A stretch of DNA of 64,000 nt, from the NCBI GenBank assembly GCA_028714475.1, contig JAQTNC010000001.1:22678-86677 (forward strand), given 5' to 3'. This document shows, piece after piece, positions 63,499 through 64,000 of this stretch (position 1 is the stretch's first letter; the number at the start of each line of letters is the position of its first letter). Under the pieces are notes generated by a model. The model made no database searches and was not told the origin of the DNA. It was given only the letters and a program-made list of their open reading frames with translations. Source of the DNA: Patescibacteria group bacterium. GTDB taxonomy: Bacteria > Patescibacteriota > Patescibacteriia > SG8-24. The position numbers were made by a program, and so were the translations under genes.

Positions 63499-63948
63499 AT
63501 GGCTAGGATATCGACAGTCGCTTTGCGCCGGAGGAATACCGTGAGTTCAACTAGCAAGTATATAGTGTCGCTCCTTAGGCCGTCCGCCATCCTGCCGACG
63601 ATGGTCATGGCGTGCTGTGCCGTTGGTCAGTACATGATATTCAACCGGCCGGAACTGTACCTCCCGTGGGAACGCGTATGCCTTCCGCTGGCGGTGCTCG
63701 TGGTCAGCGCCGCCATTGCGAGACACAGACACGGCGCGCACGGCTTGGTTGCGGGCATCGTGGTCTGTATCGCCTCGGCCTACACGACGGCCTTTACGTC
63801 AACGACTGTCGCCGCCAACACCTGGCGAAGCCTGATGACGCACGGGTGGGTGCTGCTGGCCATGATACTCGTTTGTTTTGTCTCATCCTTAGCGCTCTTC
63901 GCAAGCATCGCGCTCTGGGGTCAGCCCTCAAACCGCTCGTTCCGCTAA
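63499..63948 (+). CDS. hypothetical membrane protein
   Basis: 149-aa ORF with 3-4 hydrophobic helices. No RBS or family evidence. Confidence 0.35.
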   Translation: MARISTVALRRRNTVSSTSKYIVSLLRPSAILPTMVMACCAVGQYMIFNRPELYLPWERVCLPLAVLVVSAAIARHRHGAHGLVAGIVVCIASAYTTAFTSTTVAANTWRSLMTHGWVLLAMILVCFVSSLALFASIALWGQPSNRSFR

Positions 63949-64000
63949 CCGAACGCCATCTCTCGACCAAAACCCCGTGCTGCATTCGCTTGCGGCACGG

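Overview
This is a high-GC (roughly 60-65%) bacterial chromosomal window, densely coding, with most genes on the minus strand. I recognise no rRNA, tRNA, CRISPR array, integrase or transposase.

Housekeeping genes: xseA (5' part, truncated by the window edge), pgi, a dus-family tRNA-dihydrouridine synthase, dCMP deaminase, ctpA-like S41 protease, metK (short form), a UvrD/PcrA-family helicase, NUDIX hydrolase, mltG, mannose-1-phosphate guanylyltransferase, a PAP2 phosphatase, fpg/mutM, and two tandem gpmI paralogs.

Envelope and transport genes: a MarR-regulated MacA/MacB-type ABC efflux operon, an ABC-2 exporter pair, an AI-2E transporter, an MFS transporter carrying an internal 141-bp tandem duplication, a 1748-aa repetitive surface protein with a C-terminal TM anchor, a thrombospondin type-3 repeat protein, a Kelch propeller protein, a GerMN protein, and a 677-aa type-IV-pilin-like protein.

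The most unusual content is non-coding:
- A ~120-bp element (17248-17365, 59959-60079, 32265-32370) built of three consecutive hairpins. Each hairpin shows compensatory base changes between copies. Two copies abut the starts of DNA-repair genes (a TM0106 RecB-like nuclease and fpg).
- A pair of ~350-bp structured repeats (40375-40745, 45683-46025). Each begins right after a plus-strand terminator and ends about 10-20 nt after the stop codon of a convergent gene (metK, helicase). Conserved sequence blocks alternate with covarying hairpins.
- A genome-wide style of AT-richer imperfect palindromes in intergenic regions, each built from a short word and its complement. One ctgaagtgctggag family is present four times, and one copy has expanded into a (CCAGCACT)8 microsatellite.
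- Five perfect DnaA-box 9-mers (TGTGGATAA), all intergenic; four lie just upstream of genes.

Candidate accessory protein loci:
- A low-GC gene with an HExxH motif and its own sigma70-like promoter, next to a GD-repeat protein and the RecB-like nuclease (12978-17247).
- Two hypothetical genes behind a strong TTGACT-N17-TTAAAT promoter (38600-39738).
- A 704-aa protein with two metallophosphoesterase domains, divergent from metK.
- A 408-aa hypothetical protein in a NUDIX/membrane-protein cluster.

The window may derive from a reduced-genome, CPR/Patescibacteria-like lineage (short metK and pgi, giant surface proteins with C-terminal anchors, pilin-like proteins with large C-terminal domains). 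This is inference only.
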